DNA of 63,803 nt, counting the filler, from Octopus bimaculoides (taxonomy: Eukaryota): assembly GCF_001194135.2 (NCBI RefSeq). It is 6 parts of 6 records of this genome, joined end to end, with 100 filler letters (N's around TTAATTAATTAA, not from the genome) between each part and the next. Parts side by side here need not be neighbours in the genome. Positions count along the whole stretch, not along the records: positions 35,478 to 43,171 come from NC_068986.1; positions 43,272 to 61,964 come from NW_026295709.1; 4 more parts are not named here. One strand, 5' to 3'. Of this stretch, positions 40,094 to 52,541 are shown in pieces. The translations under genes and the position numbers were made by a program. The notes under the pieces are model-generated. The model saw nothing but the letters and a program-made list of their open reading frames with translations. It did not search any database and was not told the origin of the DNA. Numbering within the stretch: the first letter of the stretch is position 1; every line of letters begins with the position of its first letter.

Positions 40094-40806
40094 ATACATA
40101 TAAGGAGACATATATGTATATGTGTGTGTGTATAAATATACATACATTGATTTGTATACACATACATGCATATGTATATATGCATATATGTTAATACATC
40201 GGTGTATTTACTTATCTACAATGAGAATATGATATTGATATTCTGACACTGGAGTTTCTGATTAATGTAAGTGTAGATGATTAGCATAAATCAGCAGCAG
40301 CCTGACGCTAAACTCTGCAAGCCTGTCGCACTACGTTACCATATTTCCAAGCACTTTGGTTTATATTAAATGAGGAGGTTGGCAAACGTTCTCGTGGAAT
40401 TGTCTTCGTTCGCCTAGAAGGCCAATACTAAAATATCTGATAATGACAGACTGCTCGTTGAGAAGACCACTTCATGTCAGATATTTGATTAAGTTAAGTT
40501 TCCATTTATGATCAAATCGAGTTGACTGATGAAGGCAGTGTGCAGTGATCTTTTCCCTTCGTAATAATTACTCCGCTGTTGTCCATCCATAATACTTGTC
40601 CACTGGTCGGACACCAACGTTGTATAGTTATGTTAAAGAGGTAAAGGTCACTACAAGAAGCATCTGTTTATGATCTCAAGAATACTTACTGAATAGTGAT
40701 ACGGACTGAAAAACCATTCTTATTTTCTTCTCTTTTGCTTCTATTCAGAGAGAAACTTTTCATTTATCAAATATATATATTTCTATACATTTCCAACTAA
40801 ACGAAC

Positions 40807-40860
<54 letters not shown>

Positions 40861-41178
40861 NNNNNNNNNNNNNNNNNNNNNNNNNNNNNNNNNNNNNNNN
40901 NNNNNNNNNNNNNNNNNNNNNNNNNNNNNNNNNNNNNNNNNNNNNNNNNNNNNNNNNNNNNNNNNNNNNNNNNNNNNNNNNNNNNNNNNNNNNNNNNNNN
41001 NNNNNNNNNNNNNNNNNNNNNNNNNNNNNNNNNNNNNNNNNNNNNNNNNNNNNNNNNNNNNNNNNNNNNNNNNNNNNNNNNNNNNNNNNNNNNNNNNNNN
41101 NNNNNNNNNNNNNNNNNNNNNNNNNNNNNNNNNNNNNNNNNNNNNNNNNNNNNNNNNNNNNNNNNNNNNNNNNNNNNN

Positions 41179-41237
<59 letters not shown>

Positions 41238-41679
41238 CTTTGTGTGTAATCATATATAAATATACATATATGGAGGCAAACAAGCACACACCATATAGAT
41301 ACATATATACATACGTGCGTATGTGTTTGTGTAAGTGTAAGTGTGTGTATGTATGTGTGTGCATGCATGTTTAATGATTCTCCTCAGTATAAATATTAAT
41401 GTTATCGGTGACACTGACGTCCAGGTTTATTCCATTGTTAATGCGCAGGGACATTAATGCTTAATTAAAATATCAGCGAAAGTTCAGTGGTTTCAGTAAC
41501 ACTGTTCTCTCGTGAAGACGTTTCAGCCAACCTAGATTCCTCTCTGTTCAAATAATGAACTTCCGGTAGCAAACTTCGATATTGCTCGCAAAACCTGACT
41601 TCTTCTTCTTCTTCTTCTTCTTCAAATTCTTAATAGTAACAAGGGTCTGGTTGATAATCATCATTATGATATCCACAAC

Positions 41680-41682
41680 AGT

Positions 41683-41722
<40 letters not shown>

Positions 41723-41765
41723 GCCGCTGCCGCTACTACCACAATTACTACTACTAACGTCGCCG

Positions 41766-41804
<39 letters not shown>

Positions 41805-41813
41805 ACGTCGTCG

Positions 41814-41846
<33 letters not shown>

Positions 41847-41930
41847 ACGTCGCCGCTACTACTACTACTACTACTAACGTCGCCGCTACTACTACTACNN
41901 NNNNNNNNATTACTACTACTAACGTCGCCG

Positions 41931-41964
<34 letters not shown>

Positions 41965-42030
41965 CGTCGCCGCTACTATTACTACTATTACTACTACTAT
42001 AACTGCTGCTGCTGCTACTATTACTACTGA
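41680..42030. repeat. Compound (ACT)n array punctuated by actaacgtcgccgct
   Basis: The interruption unit recurs at least 5 times; contains a 10-N gap. Confidence 0.9.
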
Positions 42031-42809
42031 CAAGTGTTTACCACTACTAACATCATCCTGATATATCCGCGCAATCCCCGTCGTCCTCATCGTGCTCCTC
42101 CTTCCCTTCATCTTCATCTTCATCATCATCATCAGCCGATTAAGTGCGAAGGGGTTAGATTAGGAGCTAGAATTAGCACCCTTACCGCCCTCCAACCGAT
42201 CTCGCCGACAAAAACGACAAACACTGCCATTAGATTGTCAAATTAGACAAAAATATAGACTATCGTGAATATGGAAGGCAGGTATTGACAGATTTAATCC
42301 GATTGGATTGGATCTGTTGCTAATGAACTCCGTTAGTTATCCTGATTATCGCCATAATAAATATATCCTCTCTGATGTGCTTCACATTTAATAATGCTAT
42401 ACGAAAAAGAAAAAAAAAAGCCTAATTAAATGAAGCTTAAATTGGTATAATTAAAGTTGGTTAAGTTTGTGTATAAATAGTATTTAAATTAGTGTTTCAA
42501 ATTAGTTAAATTAGTATTTAAAATGGTGAATTGTTAGAATTATTAGAATGTAAGCTATATTATTTGCCGTTAATCTTTCTGGCTCTAACTTAGGTGATAA
42601 AATCCAAGAGATAATCTATTCCTTTCAGCCTGAGTTCGATAAATAAGTTGTCAGTCAAAAGAAGTGAGTTGCTAGATTATTTTCAATAGATGAACGCTAT
42701 TTCTGCTGGTAACTGCACAGCTGTTTTTTTTTTAATGCTTGTGTGGGTATGTGTGTGTGCGTGCAAGCGAGCGGGTGTGTGTGTGTATTGTGTGTATATA
42801 GATACATAA

Positions 42810-43171
42810 ATAACTTTCTTGTATTAGCCACACAGGGCTGCACACAGAGGGGACAAATACAACTGTAGAGCTTTTCTTTAAAAAAAAAAAAGAAAGACAT
42901 AAAACAAATCCGATCAAAAGGTAGGGGTAAGCCAAAAAAAAAAAAAGGGGGTATCGAATATCAGAAAATGTCAATTGTGTAAAATGGGGTAACATTAGGT
43001 TTATCCATGGAGAGAAAAGCCTACGGAAAAGACCATGGTAACCTCAGCGGGGAATAGACACATGAGAGCGAAGTGCTCTCTCTCTCTCTCTTTTTTTTTC
43101 TCGATTTATAGGTATCAAAGAGGTATCGTCACTCGCACGCACCATCTTTGTTACATTCACCCACCTTTTAA
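42810..43171 (-). mobile_element. Tx1/L1-like LINE 3' end (last ORF2 codons plus 3' UTR)
   Basis: Homologous to 45895-46262. Minus strand reads WVNVTKMVRASDDTSL*. Cut by the linker. Confidence 0.6.
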
Positions 43172-43271
43172 NNNNNNNNNNNNNNNNNNNNNNNNNNNNN
43201 NNNNNNNNNNNNNNNTTAATTAATTAANNNNNNNNNNNNNNNNNNNNNNNNNNNNNNNNNNNNNNNNNNNN
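43172..43271. other. Artificial 100-bp linker
   Basis: 44 N, TTAATTAATTAA at 43216-43227, 44 N. Confidence 0.95.
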
Positions 43272-43477
43272 GTGCATGCCATCATTGTTACTTTCTTCAT
43301 TTTCTGAAAAGTTACTGATATTGCATTTAGCTGGCAGGCTGAATTAAAAATCAGTGATTAGTGATGGAAGCAGTGTTAGCTCAAAATAGCAATCTTTATA
43401 TCATACTTCAAGCAGACATATTGTTGAAAACCTGCTAAAGTGTGGTATTCGTCTTCAGAAATCATCTCATCTATCAT

Positions 43478-43678
43478 CTGGGTGATTCAGCATGACACAG
43501 AATGTGACAAGGCTGGCCCCTTTCGAATTACAGGTACAACTCATTTATGCCAGCTGAGTGGAGTAGAGCAACATGAAATAAAGTATCTTGCTCAGGGATA
43601 CAATGCACCACTGGTTTTTGAACTCGTGGCCTCACAATTGTGAGCCGAAAACCCTAACCACTAAGCCATGCACCTTCA
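43478..43678 (-). mobile_element. tRNA-derived SINE, 5' half
   Basis: Homologous to 62126-62398; shares the gtgacaaggctggccc block with 1988-2384. Confidence 0.7.
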
Positions 43679-44269
43679 AATAAATATTACATTTGATAGA
43701 ATAATCTGACTGCTAAAGGGTCAGAGTAGATATAGTTGCTATTTCTAGCAAATCCAGCGACCAGTTCAGAGAAAAGCTTCCCTTTTATTAGTTCACTGTG
43801 ACACGGAGTTATCAGCCTTGTTGTTGAGGTTTTTCAAACAATCAGCCAATTGCTTCGAAATATTTTTCTTTTACTTTTTGATGCGACGTGAAAATATATT
43901 GATGATAGAGAAAGGAAAAAGAAAGGAAACACGAGAAGGAACATTTCAGTTATACATATTGGAATGATTATTATTGAGAAGGATTTAGAAATTAACTGAC
44001 TGAAGAATTCAATGCTTTTTTTTTTTTTATATTATTTGCATTTGAATGTTGATAGGTTTTGACAAAAATATCATTTAAAAAACTGATTGATACTTGATAG
44101 ATCGATATTGATAATCATTGTGAGAATATATATACACACACACGTGTATATATATATATATATATATACAAATACACTCACACATATATATCATATATAT
44201 ATATATACATACACACGCATATATGCATACACATAGCAATACATACATACTCATATACATACACATAAC

Positions 44270-44305
<36 letters not shown>

Positions 44306-44991
44306 CACACCCACCCACACACACACATATATATACATATATATATACATACACACACATTGTGTATTCATTGTGTATTCAAAAACAAAGCTTACATTTA
44401 AAGAGCTTAAAAACAAAAACAAATTATTTTTTATCAAGCCAATAATTATTAAAAATATTTTTCTTCTAAAAAACACATACACACATTATATACAAACATA
44501 CATACATACATATATATATATATATGTATGTATATATCAGATGGGAACTATGATACTATGTAATTTCATATTTCGATTTTCATTTCCATTTTTCTCAACA
44601 CCCATGACACATCTGATATCAATCTAATCATGAACATCTGTACAGATGTCAGGCAGAAGAGATAAAGAATTTCTAACAAGAAATTATTGTTTTTAAAAAT
44701 ATAATTTCTTTGCAGAGTTCCAATATACACATGCACATCTGTATTTACACTAATCAGTCACGCTTCATCGATTTCATGTAACCATTTAATTGTACAGATA
44801 TATATATATAATATAATATAGGATAAAATCTTTATAAGAATTTATCAAGTAGTCAGCGTGAAAAAACCCCATAAGGAAAAAAGCTCATTGTTTTTTTTTC
44901 TCCATAAATATAATTTATATAAGGGCATTAACTATATAGTAATGCCTCATGCTTAGAGGGACTAAATAAGGGACTAATTATATATATATAA

Positions 44992-45198
44992 GTGGTTGGC
45001 GTTAGGAAGGGCATCCAGCTGTAGAAACTCTGCCAAATCAGACTGGAGCCTGGTGTTGCCATCCGGTTTCACCAGTCCTCAGTCANNNNNNNNNNGGAGC
45101 CTGGTGTTGCCATCCGGTTTCACCAGTCCTCAGTCAAATCGTCCAACCCATGCTAGCATGGAAAGCGGACGTTAAACGATGATGATGATGATGATGAT
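44992..45198 (+). mobile_element. Young RTE 3' UTR copy with (GAT)n tail; internal 41-bp duplication around a 10-N gap
   Basis: 45045-45085 is repeated at 45096-45136 across N 45086-45095. Confidence 0.85.
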
Positions 45199-45743
45199 CA
45201 TACACACATACACACATCAAAAAACACATCAAACTTTTGACCAACAAGATATTCAAATTGCCAGACAGTGGAAATGCCAGATTTGCCGAAAAGTCAAATC
45301 ATCTCTTAAAAACTAAATGCATATCTCTAAAACATGTCTTGAGTTCTTTCAATCAGTTTTTTTTTTTTTTCAGTTGTTGTCACAGCTCTGGAAATCTTAA
45401 AATTATGTAAACTATTCATTTGGCTAAAATTTCCCTAGGCAGTGCTCCGGCATGGCCAAAGTCTAATGATTGATATAAATAAAAGATAAAAGATATATAT
45501 GTGTGTATGTATGTATGTATGTATACATGTATGTATATAAGGTGAGTATATAGGGATAAATTATCCAGATGGGTATTGTAACAGTTCTCAGGTATATTCC
45601 AGGTTCTGGCTGACAACACTAAATAGAAACACATGTCAGTTGTTTTAATTAACTAATTATACAATATAATTAACTGTTAAATTAAAGAAAAATTTGAAGA
45701 TGTAACAGTCTCTGTATTCTTTGTAATTGTTTTGTCTATGTGC

Positions 45744-45801
<58 letters not shown>

Positions 45802-45894
45802 ATATGTATATATGTATATATATATATATGCGTTTATGTATATATAGGGAAGGACGGATGGATAAATGGATGGATGGATGGACAGACAGATAGA

Positions 45895-46440
45895 TAAGTT
45901 TCTTTATTAGCCACACACAGAGGGGACAAAATACAATGTAGAGCTTTTCTTTGCAAAAATAGAAAAAATGAGAAAAATAAAATTCTGATCAAAAGGGATC
46001 ATGTAAAAAAAAAAAGAAGAAAAAGCAATCAAAAGGGACCGTGTATCACAGATAATATCATAAATGTAAAAACAGATTAGGTTTATCCATGGAAAGAAAA
46101 GCCTATGGAAAAGACCATGGTAACCTCAGGCAGTGAGGGAAAAAAACACATGAAAGCAAAGTTCTCTGTCTCTCTATTTTTTTGATTTACCAGATCATGC
46201 TCAAAGTGATTTCATCATCCATGCATACCATCTTTGCGACATTCACCCACCTTTCATTGAAACTTTCATGAGACAAAACTTGCCTCTCTATTCTCACCTT
46301 CCTTTTCAAGTGGTTACTTGAAAAAGTTGATGAGTGATTGGCCAGAGAGGTAAGTGTTTGTCTCTAAACCTTTCGCTCGAGTCCACCACACTTATTCTTT
46401 CACCATGGCCACTAGTACGATGAAGACTGTCTTGCCTGTC
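45895..46440 (-). mobile_element. Tx1/L1-like LINE 3' fragment
   Basis: Minus strand reads VFIVLVAMVKE*VWWTRAKGLETNTYLSGQSLINFFK.HLKRKVRIERQVLS..FNERWVNVAKM, followed by a 3' UTR with AATAAA near 45905. Confidence 0.6.
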
Positions 46441-46580
46441 TGGTATGTATGTATGGATGGATAGATAGATAGATAGATAGATAATCAAATAGATAGATAG
46501 ATAGATAATTAAATAGACAAATAGATAGGTAGATAAATAGATAATTAAATAGATAGATAGATAATTAAATNNNNNNNNNN

Positions 46581-46618
<38 letters not shown>

Positions 46619-47974
46619 GGATAGATAGATGGATAGATAGATGGATAGATAGATGGATAGATAGATGGATAGATAGATGGATAGATAGATGGATAGATAG
46701 ATGGATAGATAGATAGATAAAACAATATTCAATGGCATATAAGACCTGTAAGCAGAGGAGTCGCACTCTAAGAAAAAAATCATTTCAATATATTTGTGTT
46801 TTTAATGGTTATCAAAAAATGTATAGTAGTAAAAAAGAAAAAAGGCTAAACAAAACGTGCAACAAGGACAGTTAGAAAACCATTTTAATAATACATCTTT
46901 CTGGTTTTGGCATAAAGCCAGGAGGGAGCAAGTTGATTACATCGACTCCAGCACTTAATAATACTGAGATTTAAAAGAAGTGAACACAGAAGTAGCTTAG
47001 CTTATAGGAGAAGACATTAATGTACATAACGAGCAAGTTATCGGTACAGTTTAAACATAGGGCAGGAAATCACAATAGTTAAAATATCCTACATGAAACG
47101 CCTACCGTAATAAAACATTGCAACAAAAAACACCTTAGCTATAACAGAAGACATTACTGCATATATTTATATATGTGTATATATATATACACATATGTTT
47201 ATATATACCTACTGCGAGCTACCAGTCTAATTGAACACAAGCAGGAAATCAAAATGGATAAACAGGCCATTTACAATTAAAAATATTCTACATGAACAGC
47301 CATCAGTAATATGGATGTGTTTTTTTTTAAATTTTGTTTGTATTGATGGACCCTGTATTTTCATAAACTGGTAACACCAATTTTTTGTTCCTACAAAGAC
47401 ATGAAACCCTTGTTTTTCTGATCATCTCTTGACCTCATCAGCCATTTAGCATTTAACCTTCTAAGACCTGGGCTCCCATGTCTAACTTTACCCTCCATCT
47501 ACCCTCCTGAGTCCCAAAATTAATAGATGCATATACAGCTCAAGAGTAATGATTGCAGGGAAACTAATGGACAGAATCGGCTGGAACTTCTTTTACTTTA
47601 CCAATTTACTGGGAATCCAGCAAAAATGACATTTAGCCCTTTCATTTCCATATTCATTTTGAGATGCTCTATGTTTCTTTCAATTAATCTTAAATATAAT
47701 GAAGAATTCAGTAAAATAACTTAGTTATCATTCAGCTGGGTTTAAGAATATAAATTGCAACAAAGGTTTGCTGGAAGATTTTAATTCAAAACTTATGAAA
47801 ACAAGACATTTGTACTACAGAGCTAGAGCTGGTTTCAGCCAGATTGGTATCAAAAGGGTTACAAATATCATGGTGCCTTTAACCCTTCTGTTACCTTATT
47901 TCTGTTGAGATGCTTTGTGTTTCTTTCAATTAATTATAAATATAACAAAGAGAGGTCAGATATGCCTGGTTTAA

Positions 47975-48378
47975 CTGTTCAGCATTTAGATTACTCTGTC
48001 AAATGTAATACTTGTTTATTCACTTTGCTTTGAGTTAATCATGTATTATCTTGCAGCTTTGAAATTTTGATGATGTGATAGCTTATATTTAGAATGACAT
48101 TGTAGGTCAGATGTGAGAGACCAGATCTGGCCAGCTTGAACATGAAATAGGTAGAATATTTTTGGCAAGATATGGCCAGTTTAAATGCTAAAGAGTTAAC
48201 CCTTTAGCATTCAGACTATTCTGTCAAATATAATCCTTACTTATTCACATTGTTTGGAATTAATCAGGTATTATCTGATAGCTTTGAGACTTCAATGATG
48301 TGATTGCATATTTTGAGAGTGACATTGTAGGGTAGGTGTGAGGGACCAGATCTGACCAGTTTGAACATAAAACAAGGG
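47975..48378. mobile_element. Two tandem piggyBac-like MITEs sharing a TTAA (47975-48195 and 48200-48378)
   Basis: Ends TTAA|CCCTTTAGCATT ... AATGCTAAAG(A/G)G|TTAA. TTAA at 47971-47974, 48196-48199 and 48379-48382; another copy lies at ~51365-51590. Confidence 0.65.
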
Positions 48379-48974
48379 TTAATATCTAGATCCACACCTC
48401 GTGGAAAAAAAAAAAAAAGTAGTGTAGCAGTTGAAATGCACCGTATATGAAAGAAATATGAAGCAAAAAATGCATGCTGAAAAACGGGGGGTGGATGGAG
48501 GGCTCGGAAAATTTACACGATCAGCCCTACATAACCCGAGCACTAAACCTCAACACCCAGTCACAGGAGTGACACAGAAATCGTCTAATACTTCTAGAGC
48601 CAGGCTTGGCTGGTTTAAATGCTAAAAGGTTAAAATACCAGGAACACACTGTCTGAGAGTGTTAAATAAGACTAATATCAAGACAATACTTTGTGGCTCT
48701 GGAGGAGTAATCTTTGCACGGAGGGGTAGGGGATGGGAAAACACCTTCAATACATCAAGAGAGTTCCAGAAACTGGCTTTCTTGATTAGCGCCAGACATT
48801 TTGTCTAGACAACGTGGGAGTTTCAATTAGGGTTGATTCGAGCTTAAAGACAATCAAAAGGTTTGTTTTTTTTTCTAAATCGCTAAAAGTTTATTGTGAT
48901 TTAGTAATTCGGTAAAGAAAAGAGTGTTCGGAAGTATTCTGATATATTAAGAAACAAGGAGACACCTTGAGAGG

Positions 48975-48990
48975 AAAAGGAGGTGTGTGT

Positions 48991-49033
<43 letters not shown>

Positions 49034-49680
49034 TAAGTGCGTGTGTGTGTGTATAAGTATGTGTACATCTAAGTATGTGTGTGTGAGTACATGTATAAGT
49101 GTATGTGTGTGTGTGTGTGTTGGACATGTGTGTGTACATGTGTTGTACATGTGTGTGTGTATGAGTGTGTGCATATGCAAGTGTGTGAGTGTATGTGTAT
49201 ATGAAAGAGTGTGTGTGTATATAAGTGAGTATGTGTACATCTAAATGTGTGTGAGTGTATGTGTATATGAAAGTGTGTGTGTATATAAGTGAGTATGTGT
49301 ACATCTAAATGTGTGTGTGTGTGTGTGTGAGTACATGTGCAAGTGTGTGTATGTGTGTATGAGTGTATGCATATGCAAGTGTGTGAAAGTGCATGTGTAT
49401 ATGAAAGTGTGTGTGAAAAAGTGCGAGTGTGTGTGTACACACGTATGTATGTATGTATGTGTAAGTCTGTGTAAGTGTATGAGCGTGTACATATATAAGT
49501 TGGGAAAGTGTATTTGTATATAAAAGTGTGTGTGTGTGTGTGTGTTGTGTGTACATGCATATGTATGTGTGTGTGTGCATGCGAAAAAGTGTGAGTATGT
49601 GTATATGTAAGTGTGTGTGTGCATGTATGTGCACATATATATGTATGTGGGTAAGTCTGTCTATGTATGTGTGTATATGT
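48975..49680. repeat. Degenerate (TG/TA)-rich low-complexity array with an internal ~60-bp duplication
   Basis: Explains all His/Thr and Cys/Val ORFs here. Block gagtgtatgtgtatatgaaag..gtacatctaaatgtgtgt occurs twice (~49190-49315). Confidence 0.9.
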
Positions 49681-50339
49681 TCCTTCTTCACGTCTCTTAT
49701 CCATTCTCTAAAACAAAGAAAGAAACAACGGCAATAGGTTAATTCAACCCACCCTCAAAACCTTTCAAATATTTTTGATTTTTTTTTGTTTTGGTTCTCA
49801 ATCGATATTTCAAAAGTAAATTAAAATAAAACAAAATAAAATTTAAAAAAAAAACAAACAAACAAAAACAAATAAGCAAAATATAAAATAAAATAAAATA
49901 AGCACAAAAAATGCATGCAAACTAAAAAAAAAAACTCCACAGAATTGAATTAATATTATCCTAAGACTGGAAAGTGGAGTGGATTACCCTTAATCAGCTA
50001 AATGAACTAAGATTTAAATAAAGATTTTACGACAATAACCTTCAAGGTGAGAAGAAAAAGGAGTGGAGAGGAAGAAGAGATGGAGGAGAGAAAAGAACTT
50101 CAATGGAAACTGAGAAAGGGAATCAAAGATTATTTTCAATTATTTTTATTTACTTTTTATTTGCTTTTTATTTTTGTTTGTTTTATTTTGTTTCTTCAAT
50201 AATAATTTTTCTTTATTTTTTTTCGACTTTATTTTTTCGGGGTTTTACCAGATTTAAGAGATTTCGTTTAAAGTGACTCTGATGGCATTACCCTGCTTTT
50301 AGCATGTGTATGGCCTACTGCACTGGTTCCAAAGATCAA

Positions 50340-50770
50340 TCGTCCAAATAATCGAGACAGTTGACAGATGCAGCTATCTGGGTAGCGTCATCGGTGACAA
50401 TGATAATATTGAGACAAAAGTCAGAGTTCAATTTCCACCAAAGTCGACTTTGCCTTTCATCCTTTCGGGGTAAATAAATTAAGTACCAGTTGTGTGCTGG
50501 GGCGATCTAATTGATTGGCCCCCTACCCCAAATTTCAGGCCTTGTGCCTAAAGTAGAAAAGAATATTGAGACAAAAGTCAATCATGGAATTGGCAAAGTT
50601 TTGACCATATTCCAGGCTATGAGCACTATCTAGTTCTCTAACACCATCGGTTTACCAGCAATTCTCTATGCTAGCAAGACATGGAAGAGCACAGAGAAAT
50701 CAACAGAAAGCTAGATACGTCCCTCCAAAGATACTTGAGGAAGACTACGAGAATAATCTGGCAAGACTAC
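50340..50770 (+). mobile_element. Decayed RTE RT C-terminal fragment interrupted by a SINE (50424-50561) with a 19-bp TSD
   Basis: Reads DRCSYLGSVIGDNDNIETKV[SINE]NHGIGK...ILYASKTW...RKLDTSLQRYLRK..RIIWQD. TSD aatattgagacaaaagtca at 50405-50423 and 50562-50580. Confidence 0.7.
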
Positions 50771-52134
50771 ACATACACACATACACCACCACTACCATCA
50801 TCATCATCACCATCATCATTATCATTTAACGTTTGTTCTCCATGCTGGCCAACCAGAGGACTGCTCAGGCCCCAACTGTCTGTTTGGGTATAGTTTCTAC
50901 AGCTGGATAAACTTCCCAACACTGACCACTTTACAGAGTGTACTGGGTGCTTTTACATAGCACCAGCATGGGCGCTTCTACATGGCACCAGCACAGGCAC
51001 TTTCACGTGGCACTAGCACAGGCGCTTTTACATGGCACCAACACGTGGCACCAGCACCTACAAGCCCTCAAGACCAGCATCTCTCAACTAAAAGAAGGAT
51101 GTAGTAGACAAGCCTGTATGCATGTACTTCTCAAACACAGCAAACTGCCAGAAGTGTCGGTCCCTTTCCAACTCCTCAGAACCAGCACAAGACTAATTTA
51201 TAAAATCATTACAGAGTGAAGATTAAAACTAGCAGATCGTATGTTCCAGCTACTGGAAAATACCATTCTGAATAAGCTTTTGAACAGACACCACCGGGGG
51301 GGGGGGANNNNNNNNNNGGGGAAGCAAGGGGGAAAGCCTGAAATCACGGTGAAAAACAGTGCTGAATTAACCATTAACCATTTAGTGTTCAGATTAATCA
51401 GCCAAAAGTAAAGCTTGTTTATTCACATTGTTTTGAATTAATCAAGCATTATCTCATTTCAATGGTGAGATTGATTATTTTTAGAATAACATTGTAGGGT
51501 AGGTTTGAGAGGCCAGACCTTGCTAGTTTAAACATAAAACAAGTAGGGTATTTGGGCTGGATATGGCTGGGTTAAATGCTAAAGGGTTGAACAACAAAAG
51601 CGCGTGCTCAGGACATCAAGGGAAGCAGGGAACCACAGAAACGGTAAATGTTTTACAGCACAAAAGAAATCACTTTAAACTTGTTAAAATAATATTTGGC
51701 AAACCTTATCTCTGTTAAGTATTGAAGCAGATGTATTATGTAAGATTAATTTTGAGGATCTGATTAAAGATTTTTCAATGAAAAAAAGTAAGAGAAAACT
51801 TTTCAAACGTAAATGAAGTAGAAGTATACAAAAATAGACATTACCTTTTGTTTTATTCTGAAAAATAAAATATATTTCATAGTTTATTATTGTTTGTATT
51901 TTGAATTACATATCTGTGGAGGCACCAAAATCTTTTAAGTGCTTAGGGCCTTTGTGTGTCTTAATTTGGCTCTGGGTAGCAGAACAATGAAAACAAACAT
52001 GAGAGAGGCCAATACAACATGTAGAGAAAACTTCAGTCACAGAAACCAGTGGCGTCAAATTACTGTCCAATATAAGGCAGTGAGCTGGCAGGATCGTTAG
52101 CATGCCAGGTGAAATGATTAGCAGTATTTCCTCT

Positions 52135-52541
52135 AATACAGTTCTATAGTTAAGCGATGAGGAATTGTTTACATTATTTACATTTGACGGATATTTGTCC
52201 TCATCTTGTTTGTTGTTAACACAACGTTTCGGCTGATATATCCTCCAGCCTTCGTCAGGTGTCTTGGGGAAATTTCGAACCTGGGTTCTCATTCCTAACG
52301 ATATTACTATTATTATATTATTATTATTATTACTATTATTAATCAGGTCGCTGCTGTGAATCGAACTCGGAATCTTGGGGTTAGTAGCCCGCGCTCTTAA
52401 CCACTACGCCATATGCCCGTGGTTCGAAATTTCCCCAAGACACCTGACGAAGGCTGGAGGGTATATCAGCCAAAACGTTGTGTTAACAACAAACAAGATG
52501 AGGACAAATATCCGTCAAATGTAAATAATGTAAATAATGTA
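52135..52541 (-). mobile_element. Composite element: inverted arm, tRNA-like head, (TAA)n and Penelope-LTR-like tail with hammerhead motif; 12-bp TSD; inserted in a SINE
   Basis: TSD agtatttcctct at 52123-52134 and 52542-52553. 113-bp inverted arms at 52169-52281 / 52421-52533. Head at 52344-52418 with A box TGGCGTAGTGG and B box GAGTTCGATTC. Confidence 0.8.
52218..52263 (-). ncRNA. Candidate minimal type I hammerhead ribozyme
   Basis: GACAC CUGACGA A GGCUG-gaggauauau-CAGCC GAAAC GUU^ GUGUU: stem I 5 bp, stem II 5 bp, palindromic ACGU stem III, conserved CUGANGA/GAAA core and one extra A after A9. Confidence 0.65.

Noticed and set aside
43141-43300. Apparent continuity across the linker (gcaccatctttgttac vs gcatgccatcattgttac)
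   Set aside because: The resemblance is short and imperfect, not enough to claim the two pieces are adjacent.
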